The translations under genes and the position numbers were made by a program. Below, piece after piece: positions 1 through 15,321 of a stretch of DNA of 64,000 nt (position 1 is the stretch's first letter; each line of letters opens with the position of its first letter). The DNA is taken from sequence record NC_025447.1. One strand, 5' to 3'. Under the pieces are notes generated by a model that did not search any database, was not told where the DNA came from, and saw nothing but the letters and a program-made list of their open reading frames with translations.

Positions 1-5252
<5,252 letters not shown>

Positions 5253-5263
5253 TTAAAAAATAT

Positions 5264-5291
5264 GGGACAGTATAAAAACCTGTGCTATAAT
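5264..5291 (+). promoter_or_regulatory. middle-type promoter GGGACA-N16-TATAAT (second upstream of ssb)
   Basis: GGGACA 5264-5269, spacer ending TGC, TATAAT 5286-5291. Confidence 0.65.
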
Positions 5292-5378
5292 GTAAAACGT
5301 TGAAGGAACAATGAAGTTTCTGAAACATTGAAGCCAATTAACAAATAACAAAGAAACCCAAAATCAAGGAAGATATAT

Positions 5379-6431
5379 ATGAAATCTCTAGCTGAAATTC
5401 GTGCACACCTAAAAGCAGAACAAGAAAAAGCAGAAGCTCAAAAGAATGGTACATTTACTGGCGAGCGTAAAGCTGATTCGTTCTTAGCTTTCTGGAACGT
5501 ACCTTATAACGAACCACTAAACCTACGTTTTCTACCAGATGCAGATGAGTCTAACCCATTCTTCTGGCGTGAACGTGACATGATTAACCTAACTTTCAAT
5601 GGTGTAGTCGGTATGCACACTGATAAAGTTACCGTTCAAGTACCTTGTAACGAAATGTGGGTTCCTAAATCCTGTCCGGTTCTGAAAGAAGTACGTCAAT
5701 GGTTCCAAAGTGCGAATGAAACAGGGAACGAAGAACTAAAAGCAATGGCTGGTCGTTACTGGAAGAAGAAAACCTATCTAATGCAATGTTTTATTGCTCC
5801 TGATAGCGTTGCAGTAAAAGACGACATTGCACCAGAAAATCCAATTCGTCGTATTCTGGCTAACAAAGATATCTTTGATAAAGTTAAATCCATCCTGCTA
5901 AACCCAGGAATCAAAGAGTCTCCAACTCACTACGTTCAAGGTCGTGATTTTGGTATTGTTAAAACTAAGAATGGTGGTGGTTATAATAGCTACGACATGT
6001 CTCAATTCTCCATGTCTGAGCGTCCACTAAACGAAGAAGAACTAGCAGCAATTGAAAAATATGGCCTATACAATCTAAATGATTTTATGCCAAAACAACC
6101 AACTCCAGAAGAGTTGAAAGCAATTGAAGAAATGTTCGAAGCATCAGTAAATGGTGAAGCATATGATCCAGCACGTTGGGCATTTGCATATCGTCCAGCA
6201 GGTGTACCAAAACCTAACTCTGGAACTGTTACTGAATCAAAACCAACTCCTGCTCCAGTACAACAAGAGTCAGCACCTGCACCAGTAGCACCTACTGCTC
6301 CAGTTACTCCAGCCCCACAAGCTGCTCCAGTAACTCCAGTCGCTACCCCAGCAGCAACCACTCCTGAAGCACCAAAAGAACAACTATCTGCATCTGCACT
6401 AGTTGCTCGTTTGAAACAACAAGGTAAGTAA
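5379..6431 (+). CDS. ssb: single-stranded DNA-binding protein (T4 gp32-like)
   Basis: LRFLPD, VPCNEMW..SCPV, RYWKKKTY, GRDFGIVKT..GGYNSYD motifs; Pro/Ala-rich linker; directly upstream of uvsX. Confidence 0.9.
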   Translation: MKSLAEIRAHLKAEQEKAEAQKNGTFTGERKADSFLAFWNVPYNEPLNLRFLPDADESNPFFWRERDMINLTFNGVVGMHTDKVTVQVPCNEMWVPKSCPVLKEVRQWFQSANETGNEELKAMAGRYWKKKTYLMQCFIAPDSVAVKDDIAPENPIRRILANKDIFDKVKSILLNPGIKESPTHYVQGRDFGIVKTKNGGGYNSYDMSQFSMSERPLNEEELAAIEKYGLYNLNDFMPKQPTPEELKAIEEMFEASVNGEAYDPARWAFAYRPAGVPKPNSGTVTESKPTPAPVQQESAPAPVAPTAPVTPAPQAAPVTPVATPAATTPEAPKEQLSASALVARLKQQGK

Positions 6432-6449
6432 TAGTTTTTGAAAAGTTAA

Positions 6450-6478
6450 GGGGCAACGGAGTTTGCCCCGTTTTATTT
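6450..6478 (+). terminator. rho-independent terminator
   Basis: GGGGCAA-loop-TTGCCCC followed by a T tract. Confidence 0.7.
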
Positions 6479-6500
6479 CATGAAATTCAAGGAGCGAATT

Positions 6501-7619
6501 ATGAAAATGACAAGTGGTTTTGCGAACATTCTTAAAAACAGTACTGGTAGTGTTAAAAAGAATACTGGTGTTAGTGTTGGTTTTCATGATCCAGATACAT
6601 GGGTTAGTACTGGTAACTACGCACTAAATTATCGCATCAGTGGCTATTTTGACCGTGGTATCCCACTAGGCAAAGTAACGATGTTTGCTGGTGAATCAGG
6701 TAGTGGTAAATCTTTTATCGTATCTGGTAATATTGCACGTGAAGCTCAAAAACAAGGCATCTTTGTTGTTATGATTGACTCAGAGAACGCATTGGATTCA
6801 GATTGGCTTCAAGCACTTGGTGTTGACACTTCTGAAGAAAAACTTTTGAAAGTCAATATGGGTATGATTGGTGACGTTGCAAAATTCACCTATGAGTTCA
6901 TTGAAGGATATCGTAAAGAATACGAAAATACACCTAAAGATGAACGTCAAAAAGTATTGTTTATTATTGATTCAATTGGTATGCTAAACACTGAAGTAGC
7001 CAATGATCAAATGAAAGCGGGTAACCTTAAAGGTGACATGGGTCATAAACCCAAACAGCTTAAAGCATATATCACAAACTGTGTAAACTCTATTGGTTCA
7101 TTGAACATTGGTATGGTTTGCGTTAACCACAGTTATGAATCTCAGGACATGTTTAACCCAGATCCTAAAGTTTCAGGTGGTAGTGGCTTGATTTATGCTT
7201 CATCTATGGTTATCGCAATGGGTAAATTAAAACTTAAAGAAGATGAAGACGGAAATAAAACTTCCGAAGTAAATGGTATTCGTGCTAAATGTAAAGTCAT
7301 GAAGACTCGTTACAACAAGCCGTTCGAAGATGTAGAAATTAAAATTCCTTGGGATAAAGGTATGGACCCACGCAGTGGTCTACTAGATATGTTTGAAAAA
7401 TACGGTCTAATCACTAAATCAGGTAACCGTCTATTGTATGTTGATATTGTAACTGGCGAACAGATTCTAAAATATCGCAAAGAGTGGATGCGTAATGAAG
7501 ATTCATGTCTTGATTTGGTAATGCATCAATTTAAAAATCATCCTTTGATTGAAGAAGTTAAAGAAGAAGAAAAAGGTGATGAAACTTTTGGTACTGATGT
7601 GGATATTAGTGAGGAATAA
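6501..7619 (+). CDS. uvsX: RecA/UvsX recombinase
   Basis: STGNYALN, GESGSGKS Walker A, MIDSE, IIDSIG, VSGGSG, KTRYNKPF; start 6501 follows AAGGAG. Confidence 0.95.
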   Translation: MKMTSGFANILKNSTGSVKKNTGVSVGFHDPDTWVSTGNYALNYRISGYFDRGIPLGKVTMFAGESGSGKSFIVSGNIAREAQKQGIFVVMIDSENALDSDWLQALGVDTSEEKLLKVNMGMIGDVAKFTYEFIEGYRKEYENTPKDERQKVLFIIDSIGMLNTEVANDQMKAGNLKGDMGHKPKQLKAYITNCVNSIGSLNIGMVCVNHSYESQDMFNPDPKVSGGSGLIYASSMVIAMGKLKLKEDEDGNKTSEVNGIRAKCKVMKTRYNKPFEDVEIKIPWDKGMDPRSGLLDMFEKYGLITKSGNRLLYVDIVTGEQILKYRKEWMRNEDSCLDLVMHQFKNHPLIEEVKEEEKGDETFGTDVDISEE

Positions 7620-8080
7620 TGAAACCTTGGCATTGGATTATCAAAGATGATAAATCTAAAATTATTGAAATGATTGAGTTCTTTAACAAAGAAGTTGAAG
7701 AAGCTCGTCGTGAAGTAAAGAAGATTGGCATCATTGAAAAAATTGCTCAAGAGATTCCTGGCTGGCATGAGACGCGTCTAAGCCAGCTTCAAGAACTTGA
7801 AGCAGTATTGGAAATGTTAGAAATTGAAATGCGTCAGGTACAAGCCGAGAAGTTCAAATACTTTCTCGAAGGATACCGCCGTGCACTATCTTCATCTGAC
7901 TGTAAAAAGTATGTTGAAGGTGATAAAGATGTTTGTGAGTTAGCAGAACTTATAAACGAGGTATCTTATATAAGAAATACATATTCAAGTATTGTTAAAT
8001 CCTTAGAGATGAAAGCTTTTCAGTTAAACAATATTGTGAGACTACGTGCCGCTGGTATTGAGGATGCACGTTTAGAATAA
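7619..8080 (+). CDS. uvsY: UvsY-like recombination mediator
   Basis: Helical protein ending KAFQLNNIVRLRAAG, typical of UvsY; follows uvsX. Confidence 0.8.
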   Translation: MKPWHWIIKDDKSKIIEMIEFFNKEVEEARREVKKIGIIEKIAQEIPGWHETRLSQLQELEAVLEMLEIEMRQVQAEKFKYFLEGYRRALSSSDCKKYVEGDKDVCELAELINEVSYIRNTYSSIVKSLEMKAFQLNNIVRLRAAGIEDARLE

Positions 8081-8088
8081 TTATCATT

Positions 8089-8113
8089 AAGGACGCATAT
8101 CGCGTCCTTTTTC
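8089..8113 (+). terminator. rho-independent terminator
   Basis: AAGGACGC-loop-GCGTCCTT plus T tract. Confidence 0.7.
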
Positions 8114-8127
8114 TATGCGAGAATAAA

Positions 8128-8946
8128 ATGACAAAATTAAATGAGTTTTTATCAAATGTAGCAGTTCTAGATACTGAAACTACTGGGGTTGAGAGTGAAG
8201 ATGATATTATTGAATTTAGTATCTCGTATCCACATACTTCACATGAAAACATTGATACTATTGATAACTATACATTGAGATACAAACCCTTGAAAGATAT
8301 TCCACCAGAGGCATCTGCTGTGCACTTTATCAGTACTGAGGATGTAGCTAATTGTGTTGGGTATAAAGATGATTTAGATAACATTGATGCACTTATGGGA
8401 TGCCGTAAGTATTTTGTTGGTCATAATGTACAATTTGACCGTAGAATGATGGTAGATAACGAATATAAATATCGTAACTCAATTTCACAGTACTTACTTG
8501 ATGAAAATAAATGGATTTGTACCCTTCGTCTTGCTAAGAAAATGTTCGCAGAAGATATTGAATTTAAAAACTTAACTCTAAGTTATTTGTGGTATAAGTT
8601 TGGATGTTATCGTGATGTTCATCGACCTGTTAATGCACACGCAGCAAAAGACGATGTGTTCATGTGTTATCAGGTTCTAATCAAATTAGTTGAAATTGCA
8701 ATCGAACGTGGACATATTGAACCTAATGGTGATATTGGTGAGCAAATTGTAACTTTCTGCAACACACCAATGCGTTATCAATTCATGCCATTTGGTAAAC
8801 ACAAAGGTGAGCCAATGAGTACAGTTCCATTGAATTACATTGAATGGATGATTACTAATAGTGACATTTTAGATGCAAGTAACCCTAACTGTGATAAAGA
8901 TTTAGTATATACATTTGAGTACGAATATAATACTCGAACTAATTAA
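8128..8946 (+). CDS. DEDDh 3'-5' exonuclease (ExoX / Pol III epsilon-like) with C-terminal FGKHKG domain
   Basis: LDTETTG, GHNVQFD, CTLRLA, AHAAKDD, MPFGKHKG. Confidence 0.9.
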   Translation: MTKLNEFLSNVAVLDTETTGVESEDDIIEFSISYPHTSHENIDTIDNYTLRYKPLKDIPPEASAVHFISTEDVANCVGYKDDLDNIDALMGCRKYFVGHNVQFDRRMMVDNEYKYRNSISQYLLDENKWICTLRLAKKMFAEDIEFKNLTLSYLWYKFGCYRDVHRPVNAHAAKDDVFMCYQVLIKLVEIAIERGHIEPNGDIGEQIVTFCNTPMRYQFMPFGKHKGEPMSTVPLNYIEWMITNSDILDASNPNCDKDLVYTFEYEYNTRTN

Positions 8947-8961
8947 TAAAGGTAATCATGG

Positions 8962-10446
8962 ATGAAAACTTGTAAGTTAACCTTATTGGATGAGGTGAAT
9001 TGTAAATTTGAGGGACTTGATCCCTCAATTAGACAAAAGATGATTCGTGCAACTGAATATGTGTTGCCATATGCAAAGTTCACACCAGCAGGACGTATTG
9101 GACGTTGGGATGGTAAAGTTCAGTTTATGAATTTAGGCGGGACAACTTATTATCATATGTTAGATAAGTTATTGCCTATTCTTGATGAAGCTAAGATTGA
9201 CATTGAATTAGTAGATCATAGGGTAGATTATGGATTTAAATTTGACCCTATTGATGAAGATATTTTTAGTGATGTTGTATTCGGTGCAGGACACCACATG
9301 GAAGGTAAATCCATAAAACTGCGTGAACATCAAGTTAATGCGGTTAATGCATGTTTGGCTAATCCACACGGACTACTATTGGCAGCTACTGGTGCAGGTA
9401 AAACTCTCATTACTGCTGCATTGTCAAAGAAAGTGCAAGAGTATGGACGTTCTGTTATAATAGTACCAAGTACTGATTTAGTACAACAAACATATGATGA
9501 CTATATTATGTGTGGCTTGGACACTGGTATGTTCTATGGTTCACAAAAAGATTTCGGTCACCAACATACAATCACGACTTGGCAATCTTTTAACTCTCTT
9601 TGGAAGAAAACCAAAAAAGGTGAAATAGAATTAACAGAACAAGACGTGAATGATTTTATTGATGGTGTAGTTTGTGTTATAGTTGATGAGTGTCAAGGTG
9701 CTGGTGGTGATGCATTAGTTCAAGTACTATCTAAGGTTATGAACAACGTACCATTGCGTTGGGGTCTTACTGGTACAATTCCAAAAGATCCAGTGGTTGC
9801 AGCTAAAATTAAATGTAATGTTGGTGATGTTATATTCAAAATAACTGCCAAAGAATTACAAGATAAACAGATACTAAGTACATGTAATGTGAATTGTATT
9901 AAACTAAAAAGTAGTATGAAGTTTGCATCATATGCTGAAGAGTTGAAATACTTAGTAACTGACAGAGATAGGATGGCATATGTAGCGTCATTGATATCTG
10001 CGTTATCTGAATCAGGAAACACTTTAGTTTTAGTAGATAGACTTGAAGCAGGTGAGTTGCTATGTGAATTTTTAGGTATTCCAAAATCAGAATTCGTTCG
10101 TGGAGAAACCAAAAAGAAAGATCGAGAATCATCTTATGGTGAAATTCGTTGGGCTGATAATAAAATACTTATTGCGACATACGGCGTTGCCAGTACTGGT
10201 ATTAGTATTTCAAGGTTATATAATGTAGTATTGATTGAGCCAGGAAAAAGTTTTGTAAGAACTATACAGTCAATTGGACGTGGATTACGCCGAGCAGAAG
10301 ATAAAGATCACGTAGAAATATATGATATTAGTGGTTCTAATAAGTATAGTGCAAAGCATTTACGAGAACGTTTAGCTTACTATAAGGAAGCACAATATCC
10401 TCATAGTATTATAGATGTTAAAGATTGGGAAAACACAGCGGGATAA
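8962..10446 (+). CDS. uvsW: UvsW-like SF2 helicase
   Basis: LREHQ, ATGAGKT, VDECQ, GLTGT, TGISI, QSIGRGLR. Confidence 0.93.
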   Translation: MKTCKLTLLDEVNCKFEGLDPSIRQKMIRATEYVLPYAKFTPAGRIGRWDGKVQFMNLGGTTYYHMLDKLLPILDEAKIDIELVDHRVDYGFKFDPIDEDIFSDVVFGAGHHMEGKSIKLREHQVNAVNACLANPHGLLLAATGAGKTLITAALSKKVQEYGRSVIIVPSTDLVQQTYDDYIMCGLDTGMFYGSQKDFGHQHTITTWQSFNSLWKKTKKGEIELTEQDVNDFIDGVVCVIVDECQGAGGDALVQVLSKVMNNVPLRWGLTGTIPKDPVVAAKIKCNVGDVIFKITAKELQDKQILSTCNVNCIKLKSSMKFASYAEELKYLVTDRDRMAYVASLISALSESGNTLVLVDRLEAGELLCEFLGIPKSEFVRGETKKKDRESSYGEIRWADNKILIATYGVASTGISISRLYNVVLIEPGKSFVRTIQSIGRGLRRAEDKDHVEIYDISGSNKYSAKHLRERLAYYKEAQYPHSIIDVKDWENTAG

Positions 10447-10467
10447 ACCCGCTGTTTGTGATATAAT
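10440..10467 (+). promoter_or_regulatory. middle-type promoter GGGATA-N16-TATAAT overlapping a terminator hairpin
   Basis: GGGATA 10440-10445, TATAAT 10462-10467; hairpin ACAGCGGG/CCCGCTGT. Confidence 0.55.
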
Positions 10468-10501
10468 GTGTCATATGACAACAACAAGGATGTAAAATAA
10501 A

Positions 10502-10930
10502 ATGGAATTGAGATCTAGTATTGCTTTTATCTGTGACCAAGAAACTTTAGAAGTTATGGATGTATTGTTGAACGATGATGGTATTATGGATGACATGGTA
10601 TCTTCTCTTGACTATATACCTGAGCTAGAAACGGATGACACTAACGTATGGAGATGTAATATTGATAGTGATTCTTGGATTAATATCTATGAATTACAAA
10701 CACGAATTGATTCTAAAGTAGAATCATTGAAATATGATATCATCTATGCAAGTACTGACACGAAAACTTTTATTGATGTAGTAAGTCTAAGTGGTAATTT
10801 TGATTCATATCTGGATACTGATGTAGATAAAATTCAAGAGATGTGTGAAACTTATGGACTTGAATTTTATGGTGTAGAAGACCAAGATGATGAAGAATAT
10901 TATGATGACGAAGAAGATTCGCAGTACTAA
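10502..10930 (+). CDS. highly acidic hypothetical protein
   Basis: 142 aa, D/E rich, tail DQDDEEYYDDEEDSQY. Confidence 0.75.
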   Translation: MELRSSIAFICDQETLEVMDVLLNDDGIMDDMVSSLDYIPELETDDTNVWRCNIDSDSWINIYELQTRIDSKVESLKYDIIYASTDTKTFIDVVSLSGNFDSYLDTDVDKIQEMCETYGLEFYGVEDQDDEEYYDDEEDSQY

Positions 10931-10939
10931 GGAGATGAC

Positions 10940-11437
10940 ATGAACGTATTAACACCTGAAAATAATTCTTTTGACATGGATTTAGTAACAGAACATATTC
11001 CTGAAGAAATGTATTGTGTTTTGGATCTAAGCCCAAATGGTGAATCTGATTTTTATTTTAGACATATTCTAAACACCGTATCATTTAATAGTATTAGTGC
11101 TGATCTTCAAATTGGTGAAAAGATTATTCAAGTGCCTCTCGGATGGCAAATTATGTTAGGTGATGAAGAAACTGGTATGGTTGAGATGTGTACAATTGAA
11201 AACATTCTTAACATGAAAGAACCAAAAGCTTTTGTTTACAATCCTATCCGTTCAATGTATCCTAAGTTTGAACCAGTCAAAGTACTACGTGTATTTGCAT
11301 TAACTACAAAGTGGCAGATACCAATGTTACCTAAAAAGAATTTACTATGTGTCCCACTACATAGTGGTGAAAATCCACCATGTGTGTACTTTGCCGATGA
11401 AAACGAAAAAATTCAAGATTTGTATCTAGGAGTATAA
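10940..11437 (+). CDS. hypothetical protein
   Basis: 165 aa ORF with SD AAGGAG. Confidence 0.75.
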   Translation: MNVLTPENNSFDMDLVTEHIPEEMYCVLDLSPNGESDFYFRHILNTVSFNSISADLQIGEKIIQVPLGWQIMLGDEETGMVEMCTIENILNMKEPKAFVYNPIRSMYPKFEPVKVLRVFALTTKWQIPMLPKKNLLCVPLHSGENPPCVYFADENEKIQDLYLGV

Positions 11438-11441
11438 AATA

Positions 11442-12287
11442 GTGTTTGATTTCAGTGATATTAAAAATAAGTCGGTCGATGATGATGAAAAACCAACACA
11501 GCATTCTTTTTCTATTGCTGAATTTCTAAAACACATTGACCGTGCTGATTATAAGTACTATAATGACATGACCGAAAAAGAACGAAAAGAGTTTACTCCA
11601 TATACTGTTTTGCGATGGGTAAGCTCTTTAGATGATTCGTTACAAGTAACCTACCCTAGTAGTAAAGTTGAAAGTGTATTTGGAAAATGGAAATCAGGTG
11701 GTAAAGAAGCACTGACTGAACTAGTTACTGAATTAAAGTCTTCAGGGACAAATGTTTCATCAGTAACTAAGTACTGTCATAGTGATTATGATTGGCGTAT
11801 TAAATTTGCAGTCCAATCAAAAGATGACGCACAAAAATTAATATCATCAATGGTCGAATTTGGTGTATCAGGTTCCGAAATTGTTTCATTGGTAGATACT
11901 GAAGTTGTCAAATACCAACTTATTATGCTAAATGATATGGTTAATGATGGATTTTGGGATATGAAAGAACATCCAGAATTAGTATATCAGCTTATGTGTT
12001 CAGTGCATGATATGATTGGTGGACAAGAAATGCCACGTAACTGGTTAAACTTTTCTAAGAATTTCAAAAAAGCAAATAATGAATTATTTGAGTTAATTAA
12101 AAGCTCACAACCTGATACTATATCTACTCAAATGAATGAAGATGAGTACAAAATTGTTCTATTACAGTATGATAAAAAAACATTTGAGACATTTCTTGAC
12201 AATAATGGTTTTCAAGATAATGAAAAGAAATCTATGATGAAATTGTTTAAAGAAGAATGTAAAAAATATGGCAAAGAAATCAAGTAA
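11442..12287 (+). CDS. clamp-loader small subunit-like (gp62-like) protein with an insertion
   Basis: YYNDMTEKERKEFTPYTVLRWVSS and LNDMVNDGFWDMKEHPELVYQL motifs; GTG start after AGGAG. Confidence 0.5.
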   Translation: MFDFSDIKNKSVDDDEKPTQHSFSIAEFLKHIDRADYKYYNDMTEKERKEFTPYTVLRWVSSLDDSLQVTYPSSKVESVFGKWKSGGKEALTELVTELKSSGTNVSSVTKYCHSDYDWRIKFAVQSKDDAQKLISSMVEFGVSGSEIVSLVDTEVVKYQLIMLNDMVNDGFWDMKEHPELVYQLMCSVHDMIGGQEMPRNWLNFSKNFKKANNELFELIKSSQPDTISTQMNEDEYKIVLLQYDKKTFETFLDNNGFQDNEKKSMMKLFKEECKKYGKEIK

Positions 12288-12978
12288 CCAAGTATATACC
12301 TGTAGATTTTGTGATCGTGAATTTAAACGTGAAGAAACTGTAAACACACATAAATGTATAAAACGTGACCGATACGAAGATCGCCAAAGCCGCCAGATGA
12401 TGGAGGCTTTTCGTATATATATGCAATTTATGGAATTGAATAAGTTCCCATTTAAAAAAGGCGTAGAGCCTTTTATTGCTTTTATAAAGTCAAAGTACTT
12501 TAATGATTTTTATAATTTTGCCGAATACTATTTGAATAATAGAGATATTATTAATGTGGACGAGTTTGTAAAGTACTTGATTATCAATAACAAACCAATC
12601 ACGGAATGGAGTACATATAAAGCAAAAGATGAATGGATATTAAAAACGATTCGTGCCGAGCACCCAAAAGAAGCAATTGCAAGAAGTGTTATCTCACTGG
12701 TTGAATGGGCTGAAAATTTGAATGTACAATGGAATACTTTCTTTGAAAATGTAAGTTCTGCTCGTGCAATTGCATGGATAGAGAGTGGTAAAATTTCACC
12801 TTGGATTATCTGGCTTGCTCCTAAAAAAAGTACTAATAAGTTTTTTAAAAAACTATCAAACTCAGAAATTGAATATATACTTAAATACATCGATCCAAGT
12901 TATTTTGAAATCAAAACTATAAAATACAAAAAGGATTGTGATGAAATTAAGATTATGCTATGTGAGGCAGGATTATGA
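12268..12978 (+). CDS. hypothetical protein with N-terminal C2HC/C2H2 zinc finger
   Basis: YTCRFCDREFKREETVNTHKC. Confidence 0.75.
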   Translation: MAKKSSNQVYTCRFCDREFKREETVNTHKCIKRDRYEDRQSRQMMEAFRIYMQFMELNKFPFKKGVEPFIAFIKSKYFNDFYNFAEYYLNNRDIINVDEFVKYLIINNKPITEWSTYKAKDEWILKTIRAEHPKEAIARSVISLVEWAENLNVQWNTFFENVSSARAIAWIESGKISPWIIWLAPKKSTNKFFKKLSNSEIEYILKYIDPSYFEIKTIKYKKDCDEIKIMLCEAGL

Positions 12979-13304
12979 ATGGAAAAAGTATATATAATAA
13001 AATACCAGAAGGGTATGTACCTGTACCTAAAGAACAAAAATCAAAACAAATATCTCTACTTAGACAAGGATCTATTACTGAAATAACTTTAGATGGTAAA
13101 ACATTTCAAGTTCATGATCCTGCTCGTATTGAAAAAATTATTTCTTTGGTAGAAAGACACGAAGAACGATTTTTCAGTTTAAGTCAAGAGTTGGCAAAGA
13201 CAAAACAAAATTGTAGACTATTAGAGAATCAAATATCAACTTTGACTAATACAGTTAAACAGTTACAGGAGCAAATAAAAAATGCAGGATTCGACCGATT
13301 CTAA
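12975..13304 (+). CDS. coiled-coil hypothetical protein
   Basis: ATGA overlap with the upstream gene; heptad-like C-terminus. Confidence 0.7.
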   Translation: MNGKSIYNKIPEGYVPVPKEQKSKQISLLRQGSITEITLDGKTFQVHDPARIEKIISLVERHEERFFSLSQELAKTKQNCRLLENQISTLTNTVKQLQEQIKNAGFDRF

Positions 13305-13920
13305 ACATTATAGAAAAGCCCGAACTGATATTGACATTGACTTCAAGGATAGTAAAAGCGTAATTGCAAAACTTCCTTGCGTGCGAAGTACTGAAAAAAT
13401 TACGGAGGATGGTTTAATCCCCCATAATAGTGGTGTTCATTTTGATAATATACCAATTGATCCAATAACCGGATTGGCAAGTATACAATATAAAGAAGCT
13501 GAAAGTCTAGGATATCAAAAAGTTGATATTCTTTCACAGTCAGCTTACATGTATGTTCGTGATAGAGAGCATTTAAAAGAACTAATGAATCAGGAACCAA
13601 ATTGGGATCTATTATTAGAACCGGAAATTGTAGAACATCTTTCGCAAATTAAAAAACATGTAACTTTATTAAATGTATGGAAACCTAAATCCATAGACGA
13701 ACTTGCAATGTTTATTGCAATGATACGCCCTGGAAAAAGGCAGTGCCAAAGTATGAACACATGGGACGAAGTTAAAGCCACCATATGGGATTATAGTACT
13801 ATCGGCACTGACCAAGCAGGAAATAAATTACGATATTTCAAAAAGCCACATGCTTATGCATATAGCTTAATGATTGTTGTACAACTAAATGCTTTAGTTG
13901 AACATCTTACTTCTTCTTAA
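13282..13920 (+). CDS. dnaE: DNA polymerase III alpha (DnaE) catalytic C-part of a split gene
   Basis: TDIDIDF (PDIDIDF), HNSGV (HAAGV), YQKVDIL (KFDFL), KPKSIDELAMFIAMIRPG, FKKPHAYAY (FNKSHAAAY). Confidence 0.85.
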   Translation: MQDSTDSKHYRKARTDIDIDFKDSKSVIAKLPCVRSTEKITEDGLIPHNSGVHFDNIPIDPITGLASIQYKEAESLGYQKVDILSQSAYMYVRDREHLKELMNQEPNWDLLLEPEIVEHLSQIKKHVTLLNVWKPKSIDELAMFIAMIRPGKRQCQSMNTWDEVKATIWDYSTIGTDQAGNKLRYFKKPHAYAYSLMIVVQLNALVEHLTSS

Positions 13921-14260
13921 GAGCCACATTACGACGCTTGATGCGTTTTTGTGGCAAATTGCTTAAAGAAACTACTGGACCACATACGAAATTCACCGAC
14001 GGTGTATCGAATCTCTGTGTGTACGGTTCAAATTTCTCCATCTCTTCTTGAAAGAATAGACAAACTGGAATGGTTCTATTACTTTGCCACCACCAATCGT
14101 GTGCTATACCTAACAATTCGTCTTGCATTGAATCATCCATATCATCGAAACAGTAAAGAGTTGTATACTGTTTGCTTTTGATTTTGATGATACCAACAAA
14201 CGTTTTACCATCATACTGGATTACAGTAATGAATGGTGGAATAGTGTTATATTGATTCAT
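13907..14260 (-). CDS. hypothetical protein (WWWQSNR motif)
   Basis: Minus-strand ORF filling the gap between + genes, with its own late-type TAAATA promoter; convergent overlap with the dnaE-C stop. Confidence 0.75.
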   Translation of the reverse strand: MNQYNTIPPFITVIQYDGKTFVGIIKIKSKQYTTLYCFDDMDDSMQDELLGIAHDWWWQSNRTIPVCLFFQEEMEKFEPYTQRFDTPSVNFVCGPVVSLSNLPQKRIKRRNVALKKK

Positions 14261-14267
14261 ATTAGTT

Positions 14268-14306
14268 CCATAAATATTAGTATAAATTTATACCTATTAT
14301 TTATGG
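14268..14306. promoter_or_regulatory. divergent late promoter pair in an inverted repeat
   Basis: TAAATA on + (14271-14276) and on - (14298-14303), flanking the palindrome TATAAATTTATA. Confidence 0.55.
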
Positions 14307-14317
14307 AAGGAAAAACT

Positions 14318-15295
14318 ATGGCTCATCACGGCGTGTTTATGTACCCTTATAATCAGGAAGTATCATTGGGCAATTTTAATATGCCATATAGCAATGAAAA
14401 ACTAACTATATATAGAGGGGCAAATAATAATTTATCTTTTACTGTTCACAACGCTGATGGAAAATATACTTTATTGAAAGATAATGAATATCTTACATTT
14501 ATGATTTTTGATGCACGAAATAATACTAAACTATTTGATGTTGTATTAGAAAAACAAGAACCCAGTTGGTTATCAGAAAGTGGACAAGCAAGACAAACAT
14601 TAGGAAATAAAAAGAAAGTATATTATGGATGTATTGTTCCAGCAGGAGTTATTCAAGATACCAGTCCTGGTTCAAAATATAGATGGAGCATTACTAAAGT
14701 AACAATGGATGGTTCACTTATAGAACCAACACAATATCTATACACAGGAATGAACTTTGAAGCATCAGCAGAGCTAATAATTTCAGACCAAGCAGCACCT
14801 GTATTTGTCCCCAGTACTGAAATATCAGTTAATAAAAATCCAGCATGGACAACTATAAAGCGTTTATATCATGAACCAATTGGAAATGGTATGATTGGTG
14901 AATATGATATTCTCGCATCAACTCCATTACCAGCACAAATGCAGTTTGGATTGGTAGATGGATTAAGTAGTATTGCAATCTATTTTGATAAATTCATTGG
15001 TAGAATACAGCTACAAGGGTGCTTGTGTAACAACGTACCTAATGATAATGAAAACTATAAATGGTTTATTATTAAATTAGATGGAAAGGATTATATTGAA
15101 AATGGAATTGATTCAGACGGTTTTCCAAAAGAACTTGATGGAATACAAGCATTTAATTTTAAAGGAAATTATATGTGGTTACGTTTGGTGGTTGCTATTC
15201 ATCCCAAAATTGTTCCAGTACCATATGACTATGCTGCTGTCCGAAAAGTGTATGACCCTTTCCTAACAGTACCTAAAATTTTGATACGTAGATGA
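14318..15295 (+). CDS. putative virion structural protein (beta-rich)
   Basis: Late promoter; ATG 14318 after GGAAGG; LTIYRGANNNLSFTV-type N-terminus. Confidence 0.55.
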   Translation: MAHHGVFMYPYNQEVSLGNFNMPYSNEKLTIYRGANNNLSFTVHNADGKYTLLKDNEYLTFMIFDARNNTKLFDVVLEKQEPSWLSESGQARQTLGNKKKVYYGCIVPAGVIQDTSPGSKYRWSITKVTMDGSLIEPTQYLYTGMNFEASAELIISDQAAPVFVPSTEISVNKNPAWTTIKRLYHEPIGNGMIGEYDILASTPLPAQMQFGLVDGLSSIAIYFDKFIGRIQLQGCLCNNVPNDNENYKWFIIKLDGKDYIENGIDSDGFPKELDGIQAFNFKGNYMWLRLVVAIHPKIVPVPYDYAAVRKVYDPFLTVPKILIRR

Positions 15296-15321
15296 GACAA
15301 AACTGGAAGGTGTGCTATAAT
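15294..15321 (+). promoter_or_regulatory. middle-type promoter GAGACA-N16-TATAAT
   Basis: GAGACA 15294-15299, TGC, TATAAT 15316-15321; upstream of primase. Confidence 0.65.

Noticed and set aside
6002-6361. Minus-strand Ala/Gly/Thr-rich ORF
   Set aside because: Antisense shadow of the Pro/Ala linker of ssb; no SD or promoter
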